Of a stretch of DNA of 64,000 nt, positions 47,606-56,223 are shown in pieces. The DNA comes from a virus. The translations under genes were made by a program, and so were the position numbers. A model generated the notes under the pieces. That model saw only the letters and a list, made by a program, of their open reading frames with translations, searched no databases and had not been told where the DNA came from. Where the stretch lies: positions 64,001 to 128,000 of the IMG/VR virus record IMGVR_UViG_3300008952_000003; one strand, written 5' to 3'. Every line of letters begins with the position of its first letter. The stretch's first letter is position 1.

Positions 47606-50461
47606 ATGTCAGTCAAAAAGTTCAAATTTGTATCGCCAGGTGTGTTTTTAAGCGAAGTTGACAATTCGCAACTACCTGCTGCAGAGCGAGAAATCGGACC
47701 ACTTCTTGTAGGCCGAACCCAATTCGGACCAGCCATGAGGCCCGTCACGGTCCAGTCTTTTTCGGAATATGTAGAGACTTTTGGAAATCCAGTGCCAGGG
47801 TCATCCGGCGGGGATGTCTGGAGAGATGGTAACCAGCAGGGCCCCACCTATGCGGCTTACGCAGCCCAAGCTTATCTTAAGGCGGACGTGGGCCCAGTGA
47901 CAATGGTTCGTTTGTTGGGTTCGGACAATCCAGACTTCATCGGAAGTCCGGTCGCATCAAATCGCGCCGCCGCAGGTTGGGCGACAGAAGGCACAATTGA
48001 CCCAGGAAACGACGGTGGCGCCTATGCCCTGGTTGTTTGCAATAGTTCTTCTACACCCACTGGAGAAGTCCAAACAGCAACGATAGGGGCTATCTGGTAC
48101 ATCAATGACGGCACAATATCCCTAAGCGGAACTCTCGCCGGCCCTGGAGGGGCAACCAGCCAAACTGGCTCATATGCACTCTTCAGAAACAATGGGTCAG
48201 CATTCAATCCAGAATATACAGCTATCATAAAGGACTCGGGAGGAAATATAGTCCACAAGACTGCATTCAATGGAGATCCTGATTCTGCCAAGTATATTCG
48301 CAATGTTTTTAATACAAATCCACAACTGTTAAACTCGGATGTGGTGGACACAAGTGCCTTTTCTCATGGAGAGGATCTATATTGGCTTGGTGAAACATTC
48401 GAGGGTGCTTTATCAACAAAGAATTTAAGTAATCCGGACGCAATGATCGTTGCTCTAGGAAATGATATAGGAACTGTCAGCAGATCCGATATGAAAGAGA
48501 ACTACCGAGAGGCATCTACTGGCTGGTTCATTTCTCAGGATTTAACAACAGATACCGGATCTTACAGCCCCAGAACTCAAGACACTCTCTTCAGAATTGT
48601 CGCGAGAGATGCGGGCGAGAGCATACAAAATACTTTAAAAATATCAATACAAAATGTCAAAGCATCTACGAGTCTTCTTGATCAATATGGAACCTTCGAT
48701 GTTGTCGTGAGAAGAGCCAACGATTCGGACAATGTTGTAAAGTATGTTGAAAGATATACCAATCTGTCCCTCAATCCTGCTTCTGATAATTACATCGGTG
48801 TCAAGATAGGTGACAAATACACAGAATATGATGATGACCAAAAGAGACTTAGAGAATATGGCGAATATAATAATCAATCAAAATACATTCGAGTGGACAT
48901 TAGAGATGACGTAGCATCAGGTCTAACTGATGCAAAATATCTTCCATTTGGAGTGCAGGGCCCCAGAATCCCCGCCCCCGTTACTATGAGTAGCGGCTCC
49001 ACAACTATGACCGTGCCGCTAGGTCTCGGGTCAATAATAGTCACCGGATCATTAGCGGCCGATACGAAGGCATCAGCAACATCGATGTATGATGCTGGGG
49101 GATACATCCAACATACCTGTTCTGTGGAGTGGCCCCTGGTTACCTTAAGACACTCCGCTTCTGACGGGGGGATTGGAAATCCAAAGGACGCATTCTTTGG
49201 TGCCCAATCATCAACACAGGTCTCCCTCAATGACAATATTAACTTCGATCAAGGCTACGGCGACCTTCTACGGGCTTTTCCAACAGCCCTCGAAGGTACT
49301 ATGGCAGCCGGCTGGGTATTCTCTCTGGATGATGTAGTCATCAGTGGATCTGCCACAGCATTTTATCAAGAAAACTCCAGAGTAAACGGCAATTCGGCAA
49401 CAGCCCAGGGTGACTACAAGTCTATCTTGGAGGCTGGATATGATAGTTTTACTGCTCCTCTTTATGGTGGGTTTGATGGATTAAACATCACGGAAATTGA
49501 GCCATTTAGAAATAGCGCAATGACTTCCGCAGATAATGAGTTCACCAACTATGCTTTCAACTCAATACAACAGGCGCTTAATAGCGTGGCAGACCCAGAG
49601 GTGGCTGAATACAACCTCCTCGCTGTTCCTGGATTGACGAATACAAAGTTAACACAGCACATGATCAACACTTGTGAAGACCGCGCAGACGCGCTAGCAG
49701 TTGTTGACTTAGGGAGTGTTTATGAGCCCTTTACTGAGACAACCGACTCCTTTAAAGAAAGAATAAGCACGCCAAAGGATGCCGTAGACGCACTTAGGTT
49801 GAGGCAAATTGATTCTTCATACGCTTGCACCTATTTTCCATGGGTCCAGGTTAGGGATACGATCGCCTCACGCCTCTTGTGGGTACCACCTTCAGTAATC
49901 GGCCTTGGAGTCATGGCTAACTCGGAAGCAAAATCAGAAGTCTGGTTCGCCCCGGCTGGCTTTAATCGCGGAGGACTCACAGAGGGATCTGCAGGCCTCC
50001 CAGTCGCGGGATTGACATATAAGTTGACTTCGAAAGATAGGGATCTTCTCTACGATGCGAGCGTTAATCCAATCGCCTCATTTCCTTCCGAAGGAATCGT
50101 GGTCTTTGGACAAAAGACTATGCAAGTTCAGAGATCTGCACTCGATAGAATCAATGTCAGAAGACTAATGATTTTCATCAAGAAGCAGGTTTCCAGAATC
50201 TCTTCAGGTCTCTTGTTTGATCAAAATGTTAGCGTGACGTGGGAAAGGTTCTTGAATCAAGTCAACCCTCTGTTGGCTAGTATCCAATCCAGACTCGGCT
50301 TAACTGAGTTTAAGGTGGTCTTGGATGAAACAACTACGACCCCGGATTTGATAGATCAAAACATCATGTATGCCAAGATATTCTTGAAGCCCGCAAGAGC
50401 TATTGAATTCATCGCAGTTGATTTTGTGATCACAAGATCCGGCGCATCTTTTGATGATTAA
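47606..50461 (+). CDS. gp18: tail sheath protein (T4 gp18-like)
   Basis: FVSPGVFLSEVD, GRTQFGPAMRP, VWFAPAGFNRG, NPIASFPSEGIVVFGQKT, LDRINVRRL, LKPARAIEFIAVDF. Confidence 0.96.
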   Translation: MSVKKFKFVSPGVFLSEVDNSQLPAAEREIGPLLVGRTQFGPAMRPVTVQSFSEYVETFGNPVPGSSGGDVWRDGNQQGPTYAAYAAQAYLKADVGPVTMVRLLGSDNPDFIGSPVASNRAAAGWATEGTIDPGNDGGAYALVVCNSSSTPTGEVQTATIGAIWYINDGTISLSGTLAGPGGATSQTGSYALFRNNGSAFNPEYTAIIKDSGGNIVHKTAFNGDPDSAKYIRNVFNTNPQLLNSDVVDTSAFSHGEDLYWLGETFEGALSTKNLSNPDAMIVALGNDIGTVSRSDMKENYREASTGWFISQDLTTDTGSYSPRTQDTLFRIVARDAGESIQNTLKISIQNVKASTSLLDQYGTFDVVVRRANDSDNVVKYVERYTNLSLNPASDNYIGVKIGDKYTEYDDDQKRLREYGEYNNQSKYIRVDIRDDVASGLTDAKYLPFGVQGPRIPAPVTMSSGSTTMTVPLGLGSIIVTGSLAADTKASATSMYDAGGYIQHTCSVEWPLVTLRHSASDGGIGNPKDAFFGAQSSTQVSLNDNINFDQGYGDLLRAFPTALEGTMAAGWVFSLDDVVISGSATAFYQENSRVNGNSATAQGDYKSILEAGYDSFTAPLYGGFDGLNITEIEPFRNSAMTSADNEFTNYAFNSIQQALNSVADPEVAEYNLLAVPGLTNTKLTQHMINTCEDRADALAVVDLGSVYEPFTETTDSFKERISTPKDAVDALRLRQIDSSYACTYFPWVQVRDTIASRLLWVPPSVIGLGVMANSEAKSEVWFAPAGFNRGGLTEGSAGLPVAGLTYKLTSKDRDLLYDASVNPIASFPSEGIVVFGQKTMQVQRSALDRINVRRLMIFIKKQVSRISSGLLFDQNVSVTWERFLNQVNPLLASIQSRLGLTEFKVVLDETTTTPDLIDQNIMYAKIFLKPARAIEFIAVDFVITRSGASFDD

Positions 50462-50474
50462 AAGAAAACTAATA

Positions 50475-50484
50475 ACTATTTAAG
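50475..50484 (+). promoter_or_regulatory. putative late promoter motif ACTATTTAAG
   Basis: 44 nt before the tube ATG. Confidence 0.6.
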
Positions 50485-50518
50485 ATATAATACACATCAT
50501 AAAGGAGTATTTTAAGAC

Positions 50519-51103
50519 ATGGCATTCTGGACAGACGCACAAAATAAAGATCCAAAAAGAGCATTTAGATTTATGGTCCAAATTGGCGGCATGGAAAATG
50601 GCGCTACTTGGTATGCTAAGGCAGTGACGAAGCCAAAAATAACTGTTGAAGAGGCAGATCACACTTTTCTAAATCACAAATTTTACTATCCTGGGAGAAC
50701 AAGCTGGGATTCCGTAGAAATTACCCTGGTCGACCCCGTTAGTCCGGACGCCGCTGCAAATACTGCAGCCATCATTCGTGCTTCTGGCTATACTCCACCA
50801 AAAGATGTCAATGACGTTACCACTATGTCAAAAGCAGCAGCAGTTAAAGCTCTCAACGGCGTAGTGATCAAACAGATTGATTCTGTTGGCGAGACTCTTG
50901 AAAAATGGACTCTTTGGAATGCTTTTCTTACTAACGTTACTTATGGTGATCTGACTTATGATGAAGATGGCCTTACGGAAATCACAATGACAGTCCGCTT
51001 TGATTGGGCCGTACTAGAGACACTCAACGAATCAAAAACTGGAAGAACCACACCTGAAGGCGCTTCAGCCGATGGAAAAACATTCTTCAAACCAGGAAGC
51101 TGA
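50519..51103 (+). CDS. gp19: tail tube protein (T4 gp19-like)
   Basis: Follows the sheath; DPKRAFRF, FYYPGRTSWDSVEITLVD, EKWTLWNAFLTNVTYGDLTY, ITMTVRFDWA. Confidence 0.9.
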   Translation: MAFWTDAQNKDPKRAFRFMVQIGGMENGATWYAKAVTKPKITVEEADHTFLNHKFYYPGRTSWDSVEITLVDPVSPDAAANTAAIIRASGYTPPKDVNDVTTMSKAAAVKALNGVVIKQIDSVGETLEKWTLWNAFLTNVTYGDLTYDEDGLTEITMTVRFDWAVLETLNESKTGRTTPEGASADGKTFFKPGS

Positions 51104-51128
51104 TAAATAATTTTAAGAGAGGTGTATA

Positions 51129-51986
51129 TTGGCTAGAAATAAGGACCGCCTTGGTCTGGGAAAAGAAGTAGAGAGCAGTGATCCCCTCGCATCTCCATCC
51201 CCGACAAACTCAGATGGCCCGCTCATATTTGAGACTCCATCCGAATTCGTCGAATTGCCGACAAAGGGGAGGTTTTATTCAGAAAACCATCCGCTTTATA
51301 ACCAAGAGCATATTGAGATAAAGCATATGACCGCAAGAGAGGAGGATATTCTATCTTCTAAATCTCTCTTGAAAAAGGGAATAGCTTTAGATAGATTTGT
51401 TCAGAGTGTGATAAAGGATAAGAGGATAAAAGTAGAGAATCTCTATATTGGAGATAGAAACGCTATTCTTATCGCAGCCAGGGTTACTGGCTATGGTGAG
51501 GAGTATGCAACTCAGATTACGTGCCCATCCTGTATGAGTGTCGAGAGACATTCTTTTGATCTGGACCAGAGGACCCTGACTGAGGGGGTTATCTCTGAGG
51601 GTTCTGACGCAGAATTTACAGATACGGGAACAATAACTACGAGATTGCCTATTTTTAAGGTCAAGACTGAACTCCGACTTCTAACTGTGAAAGAGGAAAA
51701 TTATTTAAGTCGCTTGACAAATAACAAAAAAGATAAGAATCTTCCTGATACGAAATTAACTGACATGTTGAAGATGATCATTGTATCTGTTGAGGGAAAA
51801 GACGATTCAGCCACAATTGCTTCTCTGGTGGATAACCTTCCAGCTAGAGATTCTAAACACTTGAGAGATATCTACACTAAAGCTATCCCAAATGTTAGCA
51901 TGAGACAGAGTTTTGAATGCTCTTCATGTTCTTACGAAGGTGAAACGGAGGTTCCGCTTAATGCGGAGTTCTTTTGGCCTAAGTAA
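51129..51986 (+). CDS. tail/baseplate-hub assembly chaperone (T4 gp26/gp51-like)
   Basis: TTG start, RBS GAGGTG; FVELPTKGRFY, MTAREEDIL, GDRNAILIAARVTGYGEEY, CPSC...CSSC, ends EFFWPK. Confidence 0.8.
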   Translation: MARNKDRLGLGKEVESSDPLASPSPTNSDGPLIFETPSEFVELPTKGRFYSENHPLYNQEHIEIKHMTAREEDILSSKSLLKKGIALDRFVQSVIKDKRIKVENLYIGDRNAILIAARVTGYGEEYATQITCPSCMSVERHSFDLDQRTLTEGVISEGSDAEFTDTGTITTRLPIFKVKTELRLLTVKEENYLSRLTNNKKDKNLPDTKLTDMLKMIIVSVEGKDDSATIASLVDNLPARDSKHLRDIYTKAIPNVSMRQSFECSSCSYEGETEVPLNAEFFWPK

Positions 51987-52158
51987 CGAATACATAGAAA
52001 GCGTATACGAAGAGATTTTCACTTTGAAATATCACGGTGCTTGGTCATTTTATGAAGCCTATAGTCTGCCGATTCAGATAAGACGATGGTTCTTGAATCG
52101 CCTGGTTAGGCAATTTGAAATGGAAAGACAACAGATGGAGAAATCTTCAAAGAAATAA
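51961..52158 (+). CDS. small overlapping ORF in the +1 frame (gpGT-like / gp51 C-terminal-like segment)
   Basis: EEIFTLKYHGAWSFYEAYSLPIQIRRWFL; either its own start ATG 51961 (GGAGGT 8 nt upstream) or a frameshift extension. Confidence 0.7.
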   Translation: MRSSFGLSNEYIESVYEEIFTLKYHGAWSFYEAYSLPIQIRRWFLNRLVRQFEMERQQMEKSSKK

Positions 52159-52190
52159 AAGCCGAATTTTTAGTTTTCGGCTTTTATTTT
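52153..52190 (+). terminator. intrinsic terminator
   Basis: 14-bp inverted repeat aaataaaagccgaa / ttcggcttttattt. Confidence 0.8.
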
Positions 52191-52198
52191 GGTAAATA

Positions 52199-52208
52199 AC
52201 TATTTAAT
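52199..52208 (+). promoter_or_regulatory. putative late promoter motif ACTATTTAAT
   Basis: Lies directly after the terminator, before the 52212 ORF. Confidence 0.55.
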
Positions 52209-52211
52209 ACA

Positions 52212-52583
52212 GTGGGGGAGTTTATCTTGGATAATATTCTGAACGAAGACAAGATCGTCAAAATTAAGATAGATTTTGATGAACTTAGAAAGAATGAAAT
52301 AAATGAAAGCTTTTTGGCCATGTTCGCCGGAACCATCAAAAGTATAATGAAGTATATATTTGCATCTCCAGGCGGCCACGTCCCAAGGGATTTTTTTGAA
52401 TTCAAAGGCAGAAGGGGAGATATCAGTTCTTTTGCTCGGACACTCGGAAATGAAAAGAAGTATCTAGAAGCATTTAAGAAGAATGGTTTAGATCACCCGG
52501 ACACCTATAAATCAAAAAGCGCTTTAGATAGATCCATAAAAAACTTCGAGAAGAGCACTGGCTTAAAGTGGCCCTATAAATAA
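52212..52583 (+). CDS. hypothetical protein (start uncertain)
   Basis: ORF between the chaperone and tape measure genes. Confidence 0.65.
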   Translation: MGEFILDNILNEDKIVKIKIDFDELRKNEINESFLAMFAGTIKSIMKYIFASPGGHVPRDFFEFKGRRGDISSFARTLGNEKKYLEAFKKNGLDHPDTYKSKSALDRSIKNFEKSTGLKWPYK

Positions 52584-52600
52584 GAGGAGTACTTAGATAG

Positions 52601-54844
52601 ATGGCTGAAGAAGATGGTGATTTAGGTGATCTAGCTGCCACTGCAACAACAGTTGCTAACTTATTGCAACAGCTTGGCAAATTAAAGGAAGTTAAGGAAA
52701 CCACGACCGATATTCGCGCCCAAAGAGAGGCCATGTATGAGATAGCCAAGCTCGAATTGAAGTTGCGAGGAGAAGAAGTTTCTCTTGCGGCCCTCGCCCT
52801 AGATAATCAAAAAGAATCAGCAGAAGCCTGGGATCAGACATTCCAGAACATGCTCGGTGTGAGTGATAAGTGGAAATCTTCTAATCTCGGAAGACTTATG
52901 CAGCCAGGTGGACTCGATGGCTTTATTAACAGTATGAAAACTACTTTTACTTGGAGCAATCTTGCTGTTAGTTCACTGACGAAGACCGTGGAAATCGCCG
53001 GCGCTCTTGTCGCCATGAGTTGGTCATTGGCAAAAAGTCAAGATGAGGCTATGGTAGCTTTCAACAAGACTACTGGCGCCTCTAGACTTTATGGGGAAGA
53101 ACTATTGAGATTGGAGTCCTCCATGTATCACCACGGCGTGACCATGGAAGAGGCAGGAGCCGCCTATGCCTCAATGACAACTAACGTTAAGAATCTCAAG
53201 GGCATGTCAGAAATATCAAGAAAGGATCTTGCAGAAACAACAGTAGTACTTGCTCAGCTTGGCGTGAATGCCGACACCACAACTGCAAACTTCCAATTTC
53301 TAACAGCAGCTATGGGATATTCCGCCTCAGAAGCAAATAACTTATCAAGAGAAATGTTTGTACTTGCCCAAGAGATAGGCATGCCCCCAGAGGAGATGGC
53401 CCAAGGACTACAGGGCGCCGCCCCAGCCATGGCTAAATTCGGCTCTCAAAGTGGTGAGATGTATAAGAAGCTCGCCGTTAATGCTCGTGCTGCAAATATG
53501 GAAGTTCCGCAGTTGTTGGGAATTATTGAAAAATTTGATACTTTTGAGGGAGCAGCCCAATCGGTTGGGCAACTCAATGCAATCCTCGGAGGCCCATTCT
53601 TGAATTCTTTGGAAATGGTACAAACAACGGACCCAGTAGAGAGAATGAAACTCCTGAGTGACGCAGCAAATCAGGCTGGGACAAGCTTTGATGACATGAG
53701 TTATTACCAGAGAATAGCCCTGACTGAAGCAATGGGACTAAAAGACGTTTCAGAATTGGCCCTTGTTATGGCAGGTAGCTTCGACGAAGCAGTGCCAGCA
53801 ATGAAAAAAACGCAAGCCGAATTGGCAGAGATTGCAAAACAATCGAACGAGTTCAATACTTTGGCAGAAGAGTGGAGTCAGATACTGAGGATGTTGACAG
53901 TAGATCTTTTTGGCGGCGTGATACCAGCACTCAAGGGGTTCTTGCAGGGAATTCAAGACGCTAACCAAGCAATGGGAGGTCTCCTGATACCAGCACTAGC
54001 AGGCATGATATTGGGAACTGGCGCCGCAGCTACGATAGTTTTCGGGCTCGCTGCAGCAGTTCAAGCATCTCTTCCGTTCGTCCTGTTACTGGGCCCAGGC
54101 CTTGGTGCCACAGGTGCAGGAGGCACCGCCGCCGCAGCAGGAGTAGCTTCATTCTCCGGTGCCCTCGCGGCATCAACTCCAGTTATAATGTCGTCCGCAT
54201 CTGCTGTTGGGTCATTTACTCCAATAATCCTTGGCCTCGGCGCCGCAGCATTTATGGCTGGCGCCGGAATATACTTGGCCCTCTCTGGCGTGACTGGCTT
54301 GATGAGCGCGATAGACGCCGATACTGTGATGCAAAAGGTTCTTTCATTAAATAGCTTGTCTTTCGCGCTTGGTAGTTTGGTCCTTTCTTCTGCCCTCATG
54401 CCATTTGTCGCAGGCAATTTGTGGCAATTAATCGCCACCCTAAATGCTATCGATGGAGATAATCTTATTCCAGTGGCAGAAATGTTTAGCAGCATTAACT
54501 CGATTCTCGACAGGGACCTAGAAGGCTTAACGAAGGTAGAGCAAACTATTGCCAGGGTTGCTGCTTCCATAAATTCAATCGATAGCTCTGAAAAAGTATT
54601 TGCAGTGAAACAACTGATTGATTCTGTCAATGCTGCTACGGCCCGGCCCGCAGCAGCCGCAACAACGACGGCCCTCGCGGCCCAATCCGCGGCCCGGCCC
54701 GCAGCAGCCGCAACAACGACGGCCCTCGCGGCCCAATCCGCAGGTGCTCTAAATAGGCCGATTCAAATCTCACTAAATGTCGCAGGCAGAGAGTGGCTAA
54801 GCTTGCAGACAGATACTCTAGATAAGCTGTTAAACCAATATTGA
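52601..54844 (+). CDS. tape measure protein
   Basis: Position after tube and chaperone; Ala/Gly-rich helical; FDTFEGAAQSVGQLNAILGG; hydrophobic Ala/Gly stretches. Confidence 0.85.
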   Translation: MAEEDGDLGDLAATATTVANLLQQLGKLKEVKETTTDIRAQREAMYEIAKLELKLRGEEVSLAALALDNQKESAEAWDQTFQNMLGVSDKWKSSNLGRLMQPGGLDGFINSMKTTFTWSNLAVSSLTKTVEIAGALVAMSWSLAKSQDEAMVAFNKTTGASRLYGEELLRLESSMYHHGVTMEEAGAAYASMTTNVKNLKGMSEISRKDLAETTVVLAQLGVNADTTTANFQFLTAAMGYSASEANNLSREMFVLAQEIGMPPEEMAQGLQGAAPAMAKFGSQSGEMYKKLAVNARAANMEVPQLLGIIEKFDTFEGAAQSVGQLNAILGGPFLNSLEMVQTTDPVERMKLLSDAANQAGTSFDDMSYYQRIALTEAMGLKDVSELALVMAGSFDEAVPAMKKTQAELAEIAKQSNEFNTLAEEWSQILRMLTVDLFGGVIPALKGFLQGIQDANQAMGGLLIPALAGMILGTGAAATIVFGLAAAVQASLPFVLLLGPGLGATGAGGTAAAAGVASFSGALAASTPVIMSSASAVGSFTPIILGLGAAAFMAGAGIYLALSGVTGLMSAIDADTVMQKVLSLNSLSFALGSLVLSSALMPFVAGNLWQLIATLNAIDGDNLIPVAEMFSSINSILDRDLEGLTKVEQTIARVAASINSIDSSEKVFAVKQLIDSVNAATARPAAAATTTALAAQSAARPAAAATTTALAAQSAGALNRPIQISLNVAGREWLSLQTDTLDKLLNQY
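54640..54741 (+). repeat. exact 51-bp tandem duplication (ARPAAAATTTALAAQSA x2)
   Basis: ggcccggcccgcagcagccgcaacaacgacggccctcgcggcccaatccgc twice. Confidence 0.93.
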
Positions 54845-54877
54845 GATATTTAATGGTTGTATCTTTTTGGTTAACAC

Positions 54878-54887
54878 TCTATTTAAT
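54878..54887 (+). promoter_or_regulatory. putative late promoter motif variant TCTATTTAAT
   Basis: 33 nt before ATG 54911. Confidence 0.45.
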
Positions 54888-54910
54888 AAGCAGAAGGAAT
54901 ACATTTTGTA

Positions 54911-55858
54911 ATGGCTAATTTTGGAAAAAATAGAAAAGATTTAACTTTTCAAGACCCGAGTGATTTATATGCAAATCAAAAAGAACTATTTATTGAGTTT
55001 GAATATATTTTCGGAAATCCAGAAGCCAACAAAGTTGCATTCAAAGCATTTATAACAGATTACTCAGACGAATTTGTGTCAGAGTGGAATTCGGAAGCAG
55101 TCTATGGAAGACCAGACCCGATTCACACTTTCTCAAACACCTCCAGGAAGATTACAATTGGGTGGAAAGTCCCGTCTGCAGATCTTACAGAGGCCAGAGA
55201 AAATATGGCTAAAGCATCACAAATGATGAGATTTCTTTATCCCACATATCTTACTCCAGGTAACGCATCTACCATATTTAAGCCACCATTATTGCGCTTT
55301 AGGTTTGTAAATTTGGCAAAGAAAAATGGCTCTCAGGGCCTCCTGGGGAAGCCAAATGGATTTACTTTTTCTCCCGACATGGAGGAGGGGTGGTATGACG
55401 CCGATTTTAACTTGGGCGCCTCCGGGATGACCAATCTGTTGTATCCCAAATTATTAACTTTTCAATGCACGTTTGACGTGATTCACGAGCACCATCTTGG
55501 CTGGCATGAAGGAAATTGGGAAGTCCTCCCGGCCATACCATTTGCCCTGGATGTCGAGAGGGATTCATTTCCGTTTCTTTCTACTGCAACGAGTGCGAAT
55601 ACCATCTTGGGAGTTCCCATCGCAGAAGAGAAGATAGGGGATGTGCAAGATAACTATGCAGATTCCGGCGCCGTAGCCCTCCCTCCTGCTGATTCAACAT
55701 CGCGCGCCCAAGAAGAGGGCGGATCATCAGATTCTGACGAGGTAAATGCAGCAAGCCAAACAGCGCCAGAACCTCTCCCAACTAATCTGACACCAGAAGT
55801 AACTGAGGAGCAAATAGCGCTTGAAAATGAATATTTTGATCCCCAATCTATCTCGTAG
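54911..55858 (+). CDS. baseplate tube-initiator-like protein
   Basis: FKAFITDYSDEFVSEWNSEAVYGRPDPIHTFSNTSRKITIGW...PPLLRFRFVNL; follows the tape measure. Confidence 0.75.
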   Translation: MANFGKNRKDLTFQDPSDLYANQKELFIEFEYIFGNPEANKVAFKAFITDYSDEFVSEWNSEAVYGRPDPIHTFSNTSRKITIGWKVPSADLTEARENMAKASQMMRFLYPTYLTPGNASTIFKPPLLRFRFVNLAKKNGSQGLLGKPNGFTFSPDMEEGWYDADFNLGASGMTNLLYPKLLTFQCTFDVIHEHHLGWHEGNWEVLPAIPFALDVERDSFPFLSTATSANTILGVPIAEEKIGDVQDNYADSGAVALPPADSTSRAQEEGGSSDSDEVNAASQTAPEPLPTNLTPEVTEEQIALENEYFDPQSIS

Positions 55859-55869
55859 GAAAATATAGT

Positions 55870-56220
55870 ATGTCCAATAGAAATAATAATAGAGTAATCA
55901 GAACAAACGGCGCACAGATTTATAAAGAGAAGCTGAAGAAGAAGGGTCTAAAAAAGATCCAACAATATACAACTCCAATTTTTAATGAACTAACTGCAAA
56001 GAAGAGGGGCTCTCTAGAGAGAGTGAGGCACATATGGTCTCGTGGCGATCGATTATATAAGCTTGCTTCGAAATACTACGGAGATCCAGAATTGTGGTGG
56101 CTCATCGCTTGGTACAATCAAAAGCCAACTGAAAGCCACTTTAAGCTTGGTCAGACTGTCCTGATACCGCTCCCCCTCGAAGATATTTTGGGATACTATT
56201 ATCAAAGTGATGTGAGATAA
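55870..56220 (+). CDS. LysM-like baseplate protein (P2 gpX-type)
   Basis: HIWSRGDRLYKLASKYYGDPELWWLIAWYN...GQTVLIP. Confidence 0.85.
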   Translation: MSNRNNNRVIRTNGAQIYKEKLKKKGLKKIQQYTTPIFNELTAKKRGSLERVRHIWSRGDRLYKLASKYYGDPELWWLIAWYNQKPTESHFKLGQTVLIPLPLEDILGYYYQSDVR

Positions 56221-56223
56221 GAA

